A DNA stretch of 64,000 nt, from NCBI GenBank assembly GCA_977020255.1, contig CDROCS010003797.1:124001-188000 (forward strand), given 5' to 3'. Position 1 is the first letter of the stretch; each line of letters begins with the position of its first letter. The stretch comes from Obrimoposthia wandeli (taxonomy: Eukaryota). Below are positions 1 to 9,102 of this stretch, in pieces. Below the pieces are notes generated by a model. The model saw only the letters and a program-made list of their open reading frames with translations, ran no database searches and had not been told where the DNA came from. The position numbers and the translations under genes were made by a program.

Positions 1-436
1 CACCAAAAACACGGTTTTTATCATACGTACCGGCTTTTTTGAAAACTTCAGCAACAATTGGCACTGTACCGTTTACTGGGTTAGTAATAATACCCACTAA
101 TGCTTTAGGACAGTTAGCAACAATGCCTTCCGCTAAAGTTTTGATAATACCAGCATTAACGGCAAATAAATCAGCACGATCCATACCAGGCTTACGTGGC
201 ATACCCGCTGGAATAATTACAATATCAGCACCCGTAAGTGCGCCGGCTAAATCGTCAGCACCAAAACCAGCAACTTTTACTGCTGTAGGGATGTGTGATA
301 AATCAACGGCAACACCTGGAACTACTGGTGCAACGTCATATAAAGATAGCTCAGAACCTGCAGGTAATTGAGTTTTTAATAGTAAAGATAACGCTTGACC
401 GATTCCGCCAGCAGCGCCTAGCACAGCAACTTTCAT
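1..436 (-). CDS. mdh: Malate dehydrogenase, N-terminal part (gene runs off the window start)
   Basis: Not in the ORF track. Manual minus-strand translation from ATG at 436: [51 protein letters not shown]...[23 protein letters not shown]...ITNPVN. Rossmann GAAGGIG and substrate-loop RKPGMDR motifs; divergent from argR as is usual in gammaproteobacteria. Confidence 0.98.
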   Translation of the reverse strand, partial: MKVAVLGAAGGIGQALSLLLKTQLPAGSELSLYDVAPVVPGVAVDLSHIPTAVKVAGFGADDLAGALTGADIVIIPAGMPRKPGMDRADLFAVNAGIIKTLAEGIVANCPKALVGIITNPVNGTVPIVAEVFKKAGTYDKNRVFG

Positions 437-691
437 TTGATGTCTCCGAAAATTTGAGTAATTACGTAATAATTTGTCGGCCAAAAGATATAGCATAAAT
501 GGCCAAAAAACAATGATTATAGCCATTCTATCAAATTTATTCGCCACTGATCGCGTCATAACTTAACAGAGCAAGTATTTTTCACCTGTATTGGCATATA
601 AGGATAACGTATAATAAAAATTGTGAAATAATACTTAAGTATTAAAAGCCGATATTCGTCGGCCATAATTTTTATCAGGTAGTGAGCCTAT

Positions 692-1165
692 ATGCGCGGA
701 CAACAAAAACAGGAAGCTTTAGTACAGGCATTCAAAGATTTATTAAAGCAGGAACAATTTAGTTCGCAAGGTGATATTGCCGATGCCTTAAAGTTGCAAG
801 GTTTTGAGAACATTAGCCAGTCAAAAGTATCGCGTATGTTAAGTAAGTTTGGCGCGGTGCGAACACGTAATGCCCGTCAAGAAATGGTCTATTGCTTGCC
901 TGCGGAGCTCGGCATGCCAACAGCTAAAAGCCCCCTTAAGCAGCTAGTGCTAGATATTGAGCACAATGATGTCATGATTATTATTCGCACTAGCCCTGGT
1001 GCAGCACAGTTAATTGCGCGCTTGCTCGATAGTGTCAGTAAAAGTGATGGTGTTTTAGGTACGATTGCTGGTGATGATACTATTTTTATTGCCCCAACCA
1101 ATGTCAAAGAAATTAAGCAGACCATCACTAAACTTGAAGCGTTATTTTTGAAAAACTTAACATAA
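692..1165 (+). CDS. argR: Arginine repressor ArgR
   Basis: SQSKVSRML winged-helix motif, [10 protein letters not shown] arginine-binding motif, 157 aa, adjacent to mdh. Confidence 0.97.
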   Translation: MRGQQKQEALVQAFKDLLKQEQFSSQGDIADALKLQGFENISQSKVSRMLSKFGAVRTRNARQEMVYCLPAELGMPTAKSPLKQLVLDIEHNDVMIIIRTSPGAAQLIARLLDSVSKSDGVLGTIAGDDTIFIAPTNVKEIKQTITKLEALFLKNLT

Positions 1166-1180
1166 CTTCAAGCTAACTTA

Positions 1181-1210
1181 AAAGCTGATTTACAAATTAG
1201 CTTTATTTCT
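1181..1210 (+). terminator. Probable intrinsic terminator after argR
   Basis: AAAGCTGATT-taca-AATTAGCTTT stem followed by a T-rich tail, 15 bp after the argR stop. Confidence 0.55.
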
Positions 1211-1315
1211 TCTTGCTAGCTGAGTGGGGAAATTAATTGTAAAGTTGCTATTAACACTTAGCAACGCTTATCTCAACTCTACATTTGGATCAGCAGAGTT
1301 GAGATGCAGCACTGG

Positions 1316-2254
1316 TTATGACTCGTCGAGCTGTGCTAAAACATTTAAGCTCGGCACAAAAAATGCTGCACCGGTTTCAGCCTGCGTGTACTTAAGTAGA
1401 TGATCACTATGGCCATGAGCATCGCCGCAAATCATGCTTTTTAGCATCAATTCAAAAGGCTCAGGCGAACTGCAATAAGACACAAAAAACAACCCTTGTA
1501 TCTTCATATCACCATACGGCATGCTTTGTCGTAATATCTCAAGACTATTGCCGTCACTATCTTTTAAGTTAACCCGTTTGATATGGGACGTAGGGGCTTT
1601 GTTTTCTTCTGAATACTCTTCGTTATTAACTTTAGTACGTGAAAAAACATCTTCTTGTTCTTTTACTTCCAATGAGTTCCATAGGTTTAAATTATGACGA
1701 TAACGTTGAATATGTAGATAACTACCGGCAGAGAAGTCAGCATCTTGCTCTTCATTAACCAGTGCAACTCGGCGACGATGGTGCCCCTGAGGATTTTCGG
1801 TGCCGTCGACAAAGCCGCTTAAATCACGACCATCTAGAAACCGGAATGCCCGCACTTGCTCAACTAACTCAACACTGTCAGCCAATAACTGACACACTTT
1901 AGTGGCGACAATGTGATTAACGTCAGCACGGTCACCCCGAATTTCGATATAAAGATCGTAATTATTGGTTGGTGCAATGCAATCTTCCACCGCCATTTCG
2001 GGAAATTGCCTTAAATGTTTAGGCCGAGCTTGAGGATAAAGTTCGTCCCAAAAGTTAGTCCCAATCGCAATAACGCCAGCGAGGTTAGCTTCTGAAAAAC
2101 GATCAGCGTATTTATCAAATAAGGCAGGTAACCGAGAGAGTGCTTTACGTAAAAATAAATTTTTATCATCTAACGCATTAAATAATAAATAATATCCGTG
2201 CAGGCTAGGCTCTGCACAAACACCAAACTGTTCTCTTGCCATGTAACAATCCAT
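1316..2254 (-). CDS. DyP-type heme peroxidase (YfeX-like); start may be ATG at 2242
   Basis: GFVDGTENP (GxxDG), HIKRVN proximal His, ILRQSMPYG distal Arg region. Confidence 0.9.
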   Translation of the reverse strand: MDCYMAREQFGVCAEPSLHGYYLLFNALDDKNLFLRKALSRLPALFDKYADRFSEANLAGVIAIGTNFWDELYPQARPKHLRQFPEMAVEDCIAPTNNYDLYIEIRGDRADVNHIVATKVCQLLADSVELVEQVRAFRFLDGRDLSGFVDGTENPQGHHRRRVALVNEEQDADFSAGSYLHIQRYRHNLNLWNSLEVKEQEDVFSRTKVNNEEYSEENKAPTSHIKRVNLKDSDGNSLEILRQSMPYGDMKIQGLFFVSYCSSPEPFELMLKSMICGDAHGHSDHLLKYTQAETGAAFFVPSLNVLAQLDES

Positions 2255-2384
2255 TAATAAACATATCGACTAATGCGTTAATTTTACACATTTTATTGGT
2301 TATAGCAGTAAACTTTGACAAATATTTGCTGACCACTGATCTACCAACACTATTCTAGATCAGCTATTGGTCTACTGAACGTTA

Positions 2385-2414
2385 AAAGCCTGTGCTAATT
2401 AAGGCACAGGCTTT
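2385..2414 (-). terminator. Terminator of the glnK-amtB operon
   Basis: AAAGCCTGTGC-N8-GCACAGGCTTT inverted repeat about 30 bp after the amtB stop, followed by a T-run on the minus strand. Confidence 0.75.
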
Positions 2415-2442
2415 ACATCAAAGTAACACTAAGATCGATAGC

Positions 2443-3708
2443 TTATCCGCGAGTAAACTCAGGGTAAGCTTCCATACCACAGTCTACTTTATCCATACCT
2501 TCATATTCATCGTCTTCAGTCACTCGAATGCCGATAAGTTTTTTCAAGATAAACCACACCACTAAACTAGTTGAAAACACCCAAACAAAGATAGTAGCAG
2601 CACCAATTAATTGCCCTGTTAAGGTTGACGCGCTATTCGTGATAGGTACAAGTAATAGTCCAAGTAAGCCGACAACACCATGTACTGAAATAGCACCGAC
2701 TGGATCATCAATCTTTAACTTATCCAAGCTAATAATTGAGAACACCACTACAATACCGGCAATAGCACCAAACAATGTCGCCAACACAGGTGTTGGTGTA
2801 GAAGGCTCTGCGGTAATAACCACTAATCCTGCCAATGCACCATTTAGCGCCATCGTTAAATCGGCTTTTTTGAATAATATTTTCGCTAAAATCAGTGCTG
2901 AAACGGCACCCGCTGCTGCTGCTGCATTAGTATTTAGAAATACCATAGCAACAGAATGTGAACTCGCAATATCACCCAACTTTAATACTGAACCACCATT
3001 AAAACCAAACCAACCCATCCACAAAATAAATGTACCTAAAGTCGCCATAGGTAGGTTCGATCCCGGTATAGCGTTGATTTGACCATTTGCGCCGTACTTA
3101 CCTTTACGTGCACCTAGCAATAAAACGCCGGCCAGTGCCGCTGATGCGCCGGCCATATGGACAATACCTGAGCCTGCAAAATCTGAAAAACCAAGTTCTG
3201 ATAAGGTATACAAACCAAACACAGCATTACCACCCCAAGTCCAGCTGCCTTCCATTGGATAAATAACCGCAGTCAATACGACCGCGAAGGCTAAAAATGC
3301 CCATAACTTCATGCGTTCAGCAACAGCACCCGAAACAATCGACATTGCCGTAGCGACAAAAACAACTTGGAAAAAGAAATCAGAAGCTGCTGAATATATC
3401 GCAGCACCGGTAAAACCATCTTCTCGTGTTGAGAAGTCAGCTAAAACCTTAGCAGGATCAACCGTTTCAATACCCGATAAGAACATACCGCCGCCATACA
3501 TGATGTCGTAACCAACACACAAATACATGATGCAGGCAATCGCGTACAATGCGACATTTTTAGTTAAGATTTCAGTGGTATTTTTAGCTCGGACTAAACC
3601 GGCCTCTAACATAGAGAAACCTGCCGCCATCCACATAACTAAGGCACCACAGATTAGGAAGTAAAAAGTATCCATTGCATACTGAAGTTGAAAAATATTT
3701 TGTTCCAT
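2443..3708 (-). CDS. amtB: Ammonium transporter (Amt family)
   Basis: DFAGSGIVHMAG, WMGWFGFNGGS and IDDPVGAISVHG motifs (twin His); many TM segments; directly downstream of a P-II gene. Confidence 0.96.
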   Translation of the reverse strand: MEQNIFQLQYAMDTFYFLICGALVMWMAAGFSMLEAGLVRAKNTTEILTKNVALYAIACIMYLCVGYDIMYGGGMFLSGIETVDPAKVLADFSTREDGFTGAAIYSAASDFFFQVVFVATAMSIVSGAVAERMKLWAFLAFAVVLTAVIYPMEGSWTWGGNAVFGLYTLSELGFSDFAGSGIVHMAGASAALAGVLLLGARKGKYGANGQINAIPGSNLPMATLGTFILWMGWFGFNGGSVLKLGDIASSHSVAMVFLNTNAAAAAGAVSALILAKILFKKADLTMALNGALAGLVVITAEPSTPTPVLATLFGAIAGIVVVFSIISLDKLKIDDPVGAISVHGVVGLLGLLLVPITNSASTLTGQLIGAATIFVWVFSTSLVVWFILKKLIGIRVTEDDEYEGMDKVDCGMEAYPEFTRG

Positions 3709-3717
3709 AACTTTCTC

Positions 3718-4056
3718 CTATAGCGCTTCAGCGTCTTGTTCACCGGTACGAATTCGAACAGCTTGCTCAAGATCATAAACAAATATTTTGCCATCACCAA
3801 TCTTGCCGGTGTGTGCAGCCTCAGCTATCGCATCAACTAAGCGCTGAACAACATCATCGTTGACAGCAATTTCAAGTTTTACTTTTGGTAAAAAATCCAC
3901 TTGATATTCTGCACCACGATATAATTCAGTATGTCCTTTCTGACGACCAAAACCTTTCACTTCACTCACCGTTAGGCCCTCAACACCAATTTCAGAAATC
4001 GCCTCTCTGACACTATCAAGCTTGAATGGCTTTATTATTGCGTTTACTAGTTTCAT
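3718..4056 (-). CDS. glnK: P-II nitrogen regulatory protein GlnK
   Basis: [19 protein letters not shown]-loop (Tyr51), [11 protein letters not shown], 112 aa; co-oriented 9 bp upstream of amtB. Confidence 0.96.
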   Translation of the reverse strand: MKLVNAIIKPFKLDSVREAISEIGVEGLTVSEVKGFGRQKGHTELYRGAEYQVDFLPKVKLEIAVNDDVVQRLVDAIAEAAHTGKIGDGKIFVYDLEQAVRIRTGEQDAEAL

Positions 4057-4090
4057 TTCACTTTCCCTTTTTATTCAATAGCAAGTACAT

Positions 4091-4106
4091 ATCAAGCTAC
4101 GTGCCA
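4091..4106 (-). promoter_or_regulatory. Sigma54 (-24/-12) promoter of glnK-amtB
   Basis: Minus strand TGGCACGTAGCTTGAT versus consensus TGGCACG-N4-TTGCW; perfect -24, variant -12 (GA); 35 bp upstream of the glnK ATG. Confidence 0.75.
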
Positions 4107-4159
4107 ACAAAAATAAACCATTAAAAACAAAAGGATACAATAAAAACCTGATGGCAGAA

Positions 4160-4176
4160 TGCACCACGACAGTGCG
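4160..4176. promoter_or_regulatory. NtrC enhancer site 1
   Basis: TGCACCACGACAGTGCG versus NtrC consensus TGCACC-N5-GGTGCA (2 mismatches). Confidence 0.7.
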
Positions 4177-4189
4177 TAGCATATGTATT

Positions 4190-4206
4190 TGCAAGTTACT
4201 GGTGCA
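4190..4206. promoter_or_regulatory. NtrC enhancer site 2
   Basis: TGCAAGTTACTGGTGCA versus TGCACC-N5-GGTGCA (2 mismatches); 30 bp from site 1, about three helical turns. Confidence 0.7.
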
Positions 4207-4552
4207 TGTATTGTCGACAATAAAAAAGGTCAAACTAATATATAAACATCATAACTTTCAGTATAAAAAAACAAAAAGAGCTTTCAAATCAAGCCATCGC
4301 TAAAGCAAAGTTTAAACTCATCACAAAAGTTTACGCTCCTAATAGCGGTTGAATTAAGTCACTCACCATGTAAGTAACATGAAAAATTTATAGCAACACG
4401 TTGGCTATTTCAAAGGAAAGCTGAGCGCCTACATTCATGGTGGCAAAGCACATTAATAAGCAGCAAACTATAGAAGAAAGGTTGAATAGAGAGAATTGAT
4501 TTATTAATTTAAGAAAATTGTCGAGTAAGTACTAGCTATCTAAAATAGCCAT

Positions 4553-4624
4553 CTAAAATAAATAACCTGAACTCTGCATAAGCAGCATTCATTATTCAAA
4601 GTTCAGGTTAAGATTTTATTTTAG
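4553..4624. repeat. Long imperfect inverted repeat just after the HDOD gene stop
   Basis: CTAAAATAAA-TAACCTGAACT (4553-4573) pairs with AGTTCAGGTTA-AGA-TTTTATTTTAG (4600-4624). Confidence 0.6.
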
Positions 4625-4632
4625 GCAGAGCT

Positions 4633-5481
4633 TTAATAAATAACAGCAGCGCCTGGGTTGAGTATAGATAAAATGCTTAAACGCTCAAGATCACAAAAGT
4701 TGCTAGCGCCTTTTAATATAGCTTGATCAATAGGCAATTGTGTTAGCGCTTCTTCTGTTAATAACAACTCTATTTCATGCGAGCTACAATCGTATTGACT
4801 CAACATAATACGTTTAGATAAATACAAAAGCTTTATTTCATCACTACTGTAAGTAAAGTCATTATTGTCTTGGTGACGAATAGGCTCAATAATAGTAAAC
4901 GGTAATTGCCACTGTTTTAAGAGCTCAGCGGCACATTCACCATAAGTAAAACCTAGATTATCTCTTTGTATATCCCAAGGCAGCTCAGTTGCAGAAAATT
5001 TATTCGATGCAATAACTTTGTCTGGCGATAGCTGTTGTACAACAAGCTCACCTAAATTATGTAATAAACCTAAGATAAACAAGCGTTCAGCATTAGGAAT
5101 ATTCAGGGCAACCCCTACGTATTTAACAATAAGTGCGCAATCAACACTTTTGCACCAAAAGTCGTCTAAGTAATCTTGTTCAGCATTAAGTTTTTTAAAG
5201 GCCTTACTGGTAAAAAACGCAATCACTAAATTATAAACTTCAGTAATACCGAGTACGAGAACAGCTTTAGAGATGGTATCAATCCTACCGGGATAATTAA
5301 AAAAAGAGCTATTAGCTAATTTCAAAATTGTACCTGCAAGGGCCGGATCCAATAAAATAACATCCGCGATATCGTCAATAGTGGAACTTTCGTCATCAAT
5401 TAATTCCTTGATGCGAACAAAAGAATCTGAAAGCACAAAAACATCACTGGTTTGCACTGCATAATCGTTAGCATTCATCAT
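4633..5481 (-). CDS. Stand-alone HDOD domain protein
   Basis: DPALAGTILKLANSSFF, TISKAVLVLG, LGLLHNLG, LLKQWQLP: characteristic HDOD motifs. Confidence 0.88.
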   Translation of the reverse strand: MMNANDYAVQTSDVFVLSDSFVRIKELIDDESSTIDDIADVILLDPALAGTILKLANSSFFNYPGRIDTISKAVLVLGITEVYNLVIAFFTSKAFKKLNAEQDYLDDFWCKSVDCALIVKYVGVALNIPNAERLFILGLLHNLGELVVQQLSPDKVIASNKFSATELPWDIQRDNLGFTYGECAAELLKQWQLPFTIIEPIRHQDNNDFTYSSDEIKLLYLSKRIMLSQYDCSSHEIELLLTEEALTQLPIDQAILKGASNFCDLERLSILSILNPGAAVIY

Positions 5482-5622
5482 AATGATCCCTAAAAAACAC
5501 GCCGTATACCCCTTTTATGACCGCTAAGCGTAAGCGTAAATAGCCAAGTCATGTAATTCACCGTTGACCAAAAATAATAAGTTGAGTTTAGCTTATACTA
5601 AGCTAATAATCCTTTAAAACAA

Positions 5623-6501
5623 TCAACTTACTGTTAAACTTACATGATAAGAGGTAAATTTGCGTAAGTTTATTACGCCAGTTTCAAAAATTAAGTACTG
5701 CCCTTTGATACCAATCAAAGTGCCGGAAACTTCAGGCGTTTTATCAAAATTAAACGATGATATTTTTGTCAAATATTGCTGAACAGGAAACTGTAACTTC
5801 ACGACATCTTCATCTAGCTCTTCAATCGCGTCGGCACCATATTTCAAGCTGACAATGGCGAGTTTTTCTGCAATTTTTGGTTTAAGTTCATTCGCAACAG
5901 CCTTTAAGTCTAGATCATCAGCGCTGCCTTTAAGCATTGCTCGCCAATTTGTTTTATCAGCAATGAATTCAGCCAAAGCTATTTCAACAAGACCTGACTG
6001 TAAGCGAGTGCTTACTTTAAAAATAGGTAATGCCTGTGTGGCGCCTTGATCAATCCAGCGAGTAGGAATTTGAGTATGACGTGTAATACCCACTTTTAAA
6101 CCTGAAGTGTTTGCAAGGTAGACGTAATGTGGGATCATGCAGTTGCTTTCGCCCCATTGCGGCTCACGACATGTACCTTTTTCAAAATGACACGTTTCTG
6201 GCTTCATAATACACATGTCACACTGAGCAAGTTTTTGCATACAAGGGAAGCAATAACCTTGAGCGTAACTTTTTTTAGTTTTTCTGCCACAATGCTGACA
6301 ATCAATATGACCACTATAATTCAGCGTTAGATGCTTACCTATCAATGGATTTAGCTCAACTTCTTGTTCGCCAAGCACCATACGGTAATTTACCGTACCG
6401 TCTTCAGCTAAATCCGCACGCATTTTACGTAAAGCACCTGTTTCTATTTGTAACATATACCAACCTATTATTTTTACAGAGACGAATAATATAAAAATCA
6501 C
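5623..6501 (-). CDS. DUF2797-family protein with Cys-rich Zn-binding motifs; start probably ATG at 6456
   Basis: CQHCGRKTKKSYAQGYCFPC, CDMC, HYVYLANTSGLKVGITR, RWIDQGA, LIGIKGQYLIF; family recognised from memory. Confidence 0.8.
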   Translation of the reverse strand: MIFILFVSVKIIGWYMLQIETGALRKMRADLAEDGTVNYRMVLGEQEVELNPLIGKHLTLNYSGHIDCQHCGRKTKKSYAQGYCFPCMQKLAQCDMCIMKPETCHFEKGTCREPQWGESNCMIPHYVYLANTSGLKVGITRHTQIPTRWIDQGATQALPIFKVSTRLQSGLVEIALAEFIADKTNWRAMLKGSADDLDLKAVANELKPKIAEKLAIVSLKYGADAIEELDEDVVKLQFPVQQYLTKISSFNFDKTPEVSGTLIGIKGQYLIFETGVINLRKFTSYHVSLTVS

Positions 6502-6600
6502 TAACTAGCAGCCAGCACTAATTCATTTTTATCTCGAATATCGACAAAAAAGTTGCGATGATAGCGACTTGATCCATCTAATCAATTTCATTTATATTAC

Positions 6601-6849
6601 ATGTGGTACGTTTACTTTCTTCGCTGTGCTGATAACAGCCTATATGCTGGCATTACAACCTCACTAGAACGTCGAGTTGCTGAGCACAATCAATGCAATA
6701 AAAAAGCCGCAAAATATACACGTGTACGCCGCCCTGTAGCGCTAGTTTATGCTGAACCACAACCGGATCGACAGCAAGCGAGTCGCCGTGAATACCAACT
6801 CAAGCAATTAAGTAAAAAAAATAAAGAAAAGTTAGTGGCTAGCTACTGA
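6601..6849 (+). CDS. GIY-YIG nuclease family protein (YhbQ/UPF0213-like)
   Basis: WYVYFLRCADNSLYAGIT, RRVAEH, AKYTR, ASRREYQLK motifs; 82 aa. Confidence 0.9.
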   Translation: MWYVYFLRCADNSLYAGITTSLERRVAEHNQCNKKAAKYTRVRRPVALVYAEPQPDRQQASRREYQLKQLSKKNKEKLVASY

Positions 6850-7003
6850 CTTCACCGTTAAGCAAAAAACACACAACTGTTCGCCTAAGCCCTTGTTTTT
6901 ACTGGTCTGCTTTGTAGGCTAAATATTAATAAACTTCGATTTTAGTCACACATGCTGATAGAATAGCGCCGATTTTATTAGCTTACAGTGATGACATATA
7001 TCC

Positions 7004-7720
7004 ATGTTTTTAGATAACTATTGCCATATTTCGGATGAAAAAATTAGCTTTACACGCCAGCAAGCAAGTGACTTTGCAAAGCAAATTGCCGATGATTTCA
7101 ACCCATTGCATAACATCGAGGCAAAACGCTTTTGCGTCCCTGGTGATTTACTGTTTGCATTAATTTTGGAACGCGCCGGCTTACACCAAGAAATGAGTTT
7201 TAAATTCTCTGGTATGGTCACCGACACGACCACATTACATATTCCTACTGAAATAACGACAATCGCTAGCATTGTTGACGATAAAGAAAAAGAATATTTA
7301 CATATGTCTGTCGCTGGTAATAGCACAAAAAACAGCAAGGCTATTACATCATTAACCCGTGCATATGTTGAATTTTCTGGTCATACCTTCCCACATATTC
7401 TCGTTGAATTAATGAAAAAAAATAACGTGATGATCAACCCCACACGTCCGATGATTATGTATGAAAGCATGTCTATTGAACTCGATAATCTTGAGTTTCA
7501 AGATATTGCCTTAAGGTTGTCATCAAGCTCTTTAAAAATAGAAGGTAAGCGTGGCAATGCCTGTTTATCATTTGATTTAATTTCACAAGACAAAGTTATT
7601 GGTCATGGTAAAAAATTCATGTTATTGAGTGGCTTAAGAGATTACTGTCAAGACACAATAGATAATATAGTGACACAATATAATGAGACCAAAGCAAATT
7701 ACATTAGCGAGAAAGTGTAA
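7004..7720 (+). CDS. DUF3581-family protein (hot-dog/MaoC-like N-terminus)
   Basis: ASDFAKQIADDFNPLH and RFCVPGDLLF motifs; family recognised from memory. Confidence 0.7.
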   Translation: MFLDNYCHISDEKISFTRQQASDFAKQIADDFNPLHNIEAKRFCVPGDLLFALILERAGLHQEMSFKFSGMVTDTTTLHIPTEITTIASIVDDKEKEYLHMSVAGNSTKNSKAITSLTRAYVEFSGHTFPHILVELMKKNNVMINPTRPMIMYESMSIELDNLEFQDIALRLSSSSLKIEGKRGNACLSFDLISQDKVIGHGKKFMLLSGLRDYCQDTIDNIVTQYNETKANYISEKV

Positions 7721-7759
7721 ATAGCAACAAAAACGCTGCTATGGCAGAGAGTCTTATAT

Positions 7760-7784
7760 GCTTTAGACCGCTATGGTCTAAAGC
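7760..7784. terminator. Hairpin between convergent genes
   Basis: GCTTTAGACC-gctat-GGTCTAAAGC, perfect 10-bp stem. Confidence 0.55.
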
Positions 7785-7909
7785 TTAATCGCTAAAATTT
7801 TCAGCGATTAACTACAACTACAACAAATAAGTATAATGACAATTAAAGTCATTATCCCATCATTCGAGTAGAAGCTTAGCGACTAGCGCCCTATATCAGT
7901 GATTAGCAA

Positions 7910-8176
7910 TCAACGACGTAATTTTTTTCCTAACCACTGCAAGCTTTGATCTGCTTTAACTGCCGCCTGACGAAAATAGCGCTGACTCCTTTTTAGCCAT
8001 ACTTTTGCCCAAGCGTATTCCAGACTAAGCAATGCCAACCCAACAGGTATAAATATCACTGCGGGCCCTGGCAATAGAATAAAAACAATACCAATGAATA
8101 GGCACAAAAAACCCAGCACAGTACGTGTTGTGCGCTTTAATTTATCTCTTATGCTGCCTTGTATGTTGTTTTGCAT
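7910..8176 (-). CDS. PGPGW-family small membrane protein
   Basis: Two-TM hairpin with FILLPGPAVIFIPVGLALLSLEY and a basic C-terminus. Confidence 0.8.
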   Translation of the reverse strand: MQNNIQGSIRDKLKRTTRTVLGFLCLFIGIVFILLPGPAVIFIPVGLALLSLEYAWAKVWLKRSQRYFRQAAVKADQSLQWLGKKLRR

Positions 8177-8221
8177 AATTAACCTTCATTTTCTCTTGAT
8201 TTAGCTAGTTCAACTAAATAA

Positions 8222-8237
8222 AGCAAGAGCCATTCCA
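8222..8237 (-). promoter_or_regulatory. Candidate sigma54 promoter for the PGPGW gene
   Basis: Minus strand TGGAATGGCTCTTGCT: GG-N10-GC spacing, perfect TTGCT -12; about 45 bp upstream of the ATG. Confidence 0.45.
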
Positions 8238-8342
8238 ATGATGAAAATCATTACTAATCAATACCATAAAAAAATAGTGCTAAAAATTTCATATTAAGAT
8301 GGCACAAAAGGCAAACCAATAGTGAAAATGACAAAAATAACG

Positions 8343-8837
8343 TCAATAATCTTTTTCAAACGCTATTTGTTGACGGCGCTTATCTTCAACACAGGCGGCA
8401 AACTGTTGCGTCGATTTAGGTCTAGCGCACATTTTTTTAGCTTGATAAAACTGCAGCCAAGCTTGTAGCTTTTCACCTTGATATTTCGAGCGTGCAATAA
8501 TAGGGCTACTTCTAGCAAACGGGACTAAAGATCCTTCGACGCTTATGCTTGTAGCTTTAAATTTCTTATTTTTATTCGACTTTTTCTGCTTAGTTTTATG
8601 CTTTTTCTTCAAGCTAGGTTTGAGTTTCCCCGTCTGGCATTGCCACCAAATATCTCGCGCTTTCACTTCTAATGAGGATAGGCGTTGACTACGTTGTCGT
8701 GTATTCGACTGCCGTTGTTGTGCTTGAATATTATCGAGTTTTTTCCGGTAATCCTGACATTGTTTTTTTCCTGCTGTCGCCGAAAAAGTCCAGCAAAGTA
8801 GCGTCATAAATAGGCTATAAATAATGATGCGTTTCAT
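8343..8837 (-). CDS. Hypothetical secreted, Lys/Arg-rich protein
   Basis: Sec-type signal MKRIIIYSLFMTLLCWTFSATA, four Cys in the mature part, Lys-rich centre KPSLKKKHKTKQKKSNKNKKFK. Confidence 0.75.
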   Translation of the reverse strand: MKRIIIYSLFMTLLCWTFSATAGKKQCQDYRKKLDNIQAQQRQSNTRQRSQRLSSLEVKARDIWWQCQTGKLKPSLKKKHKTKQKKSNKNKKFKATSISVEGSLVPFARSSPIIARSKYQGEKLQAWLQFYQAKKMCARPKSTQQFAACVEDKRRQQIAFEKDY

Positions 8838-9102
8838 ATTTGTCGTTCCTTGAAGAATATCTCCATGCTAAAAGTGTAGACAATTAGGACTGAATTTCTA
8901 CGTTTACTCAATCTCCTTTTATCAGGCTATTACCGATCTGTACTATACTTATGCCAATAAAAATTCATCTTAATTAAAGTCACATTCAAGCAGCGATTTT
9001 AAAACCTAAATAATCTGAATGATGAATGCACAGCAGTTGCTCTTTATTATCTTTTGTCCTATTTTCAGCGCAAAAACCCACTCTATTAACTGAGGAACAA
9101 GG

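Noticed and set aside
440-690. ARG boxes and a sigma28 promoter (TAAT-N15-GCCGATAT, 629-655) upstream of argR
   Set aside because: The best ARG-like site has three mismatches and no tandem partner; the sigma28 -35 is imperfect in AT-rich DNA and has no biological rationale here.
1316-2254. DyP as encapsulin cargo
   Set aside because: No adjacent encapsulin gene and no C-terminal targeting peptide; the protein ends VLAQLDES.
4260-4450. Tiny minus-strand ORFs (MNVGAQLSFEIANVLL*, MSLNFALAMA*) in the glnK upstream gap
   Set aside because: 10-16 codons with no motif or supporting terminator; expected by chance.
8237-8252. Fur or FNR box
   Set aside because: Half-site spacing does not fit Fur and both half-sites deviate from FNR TTGAT; kept only as an unassigned palindrome.
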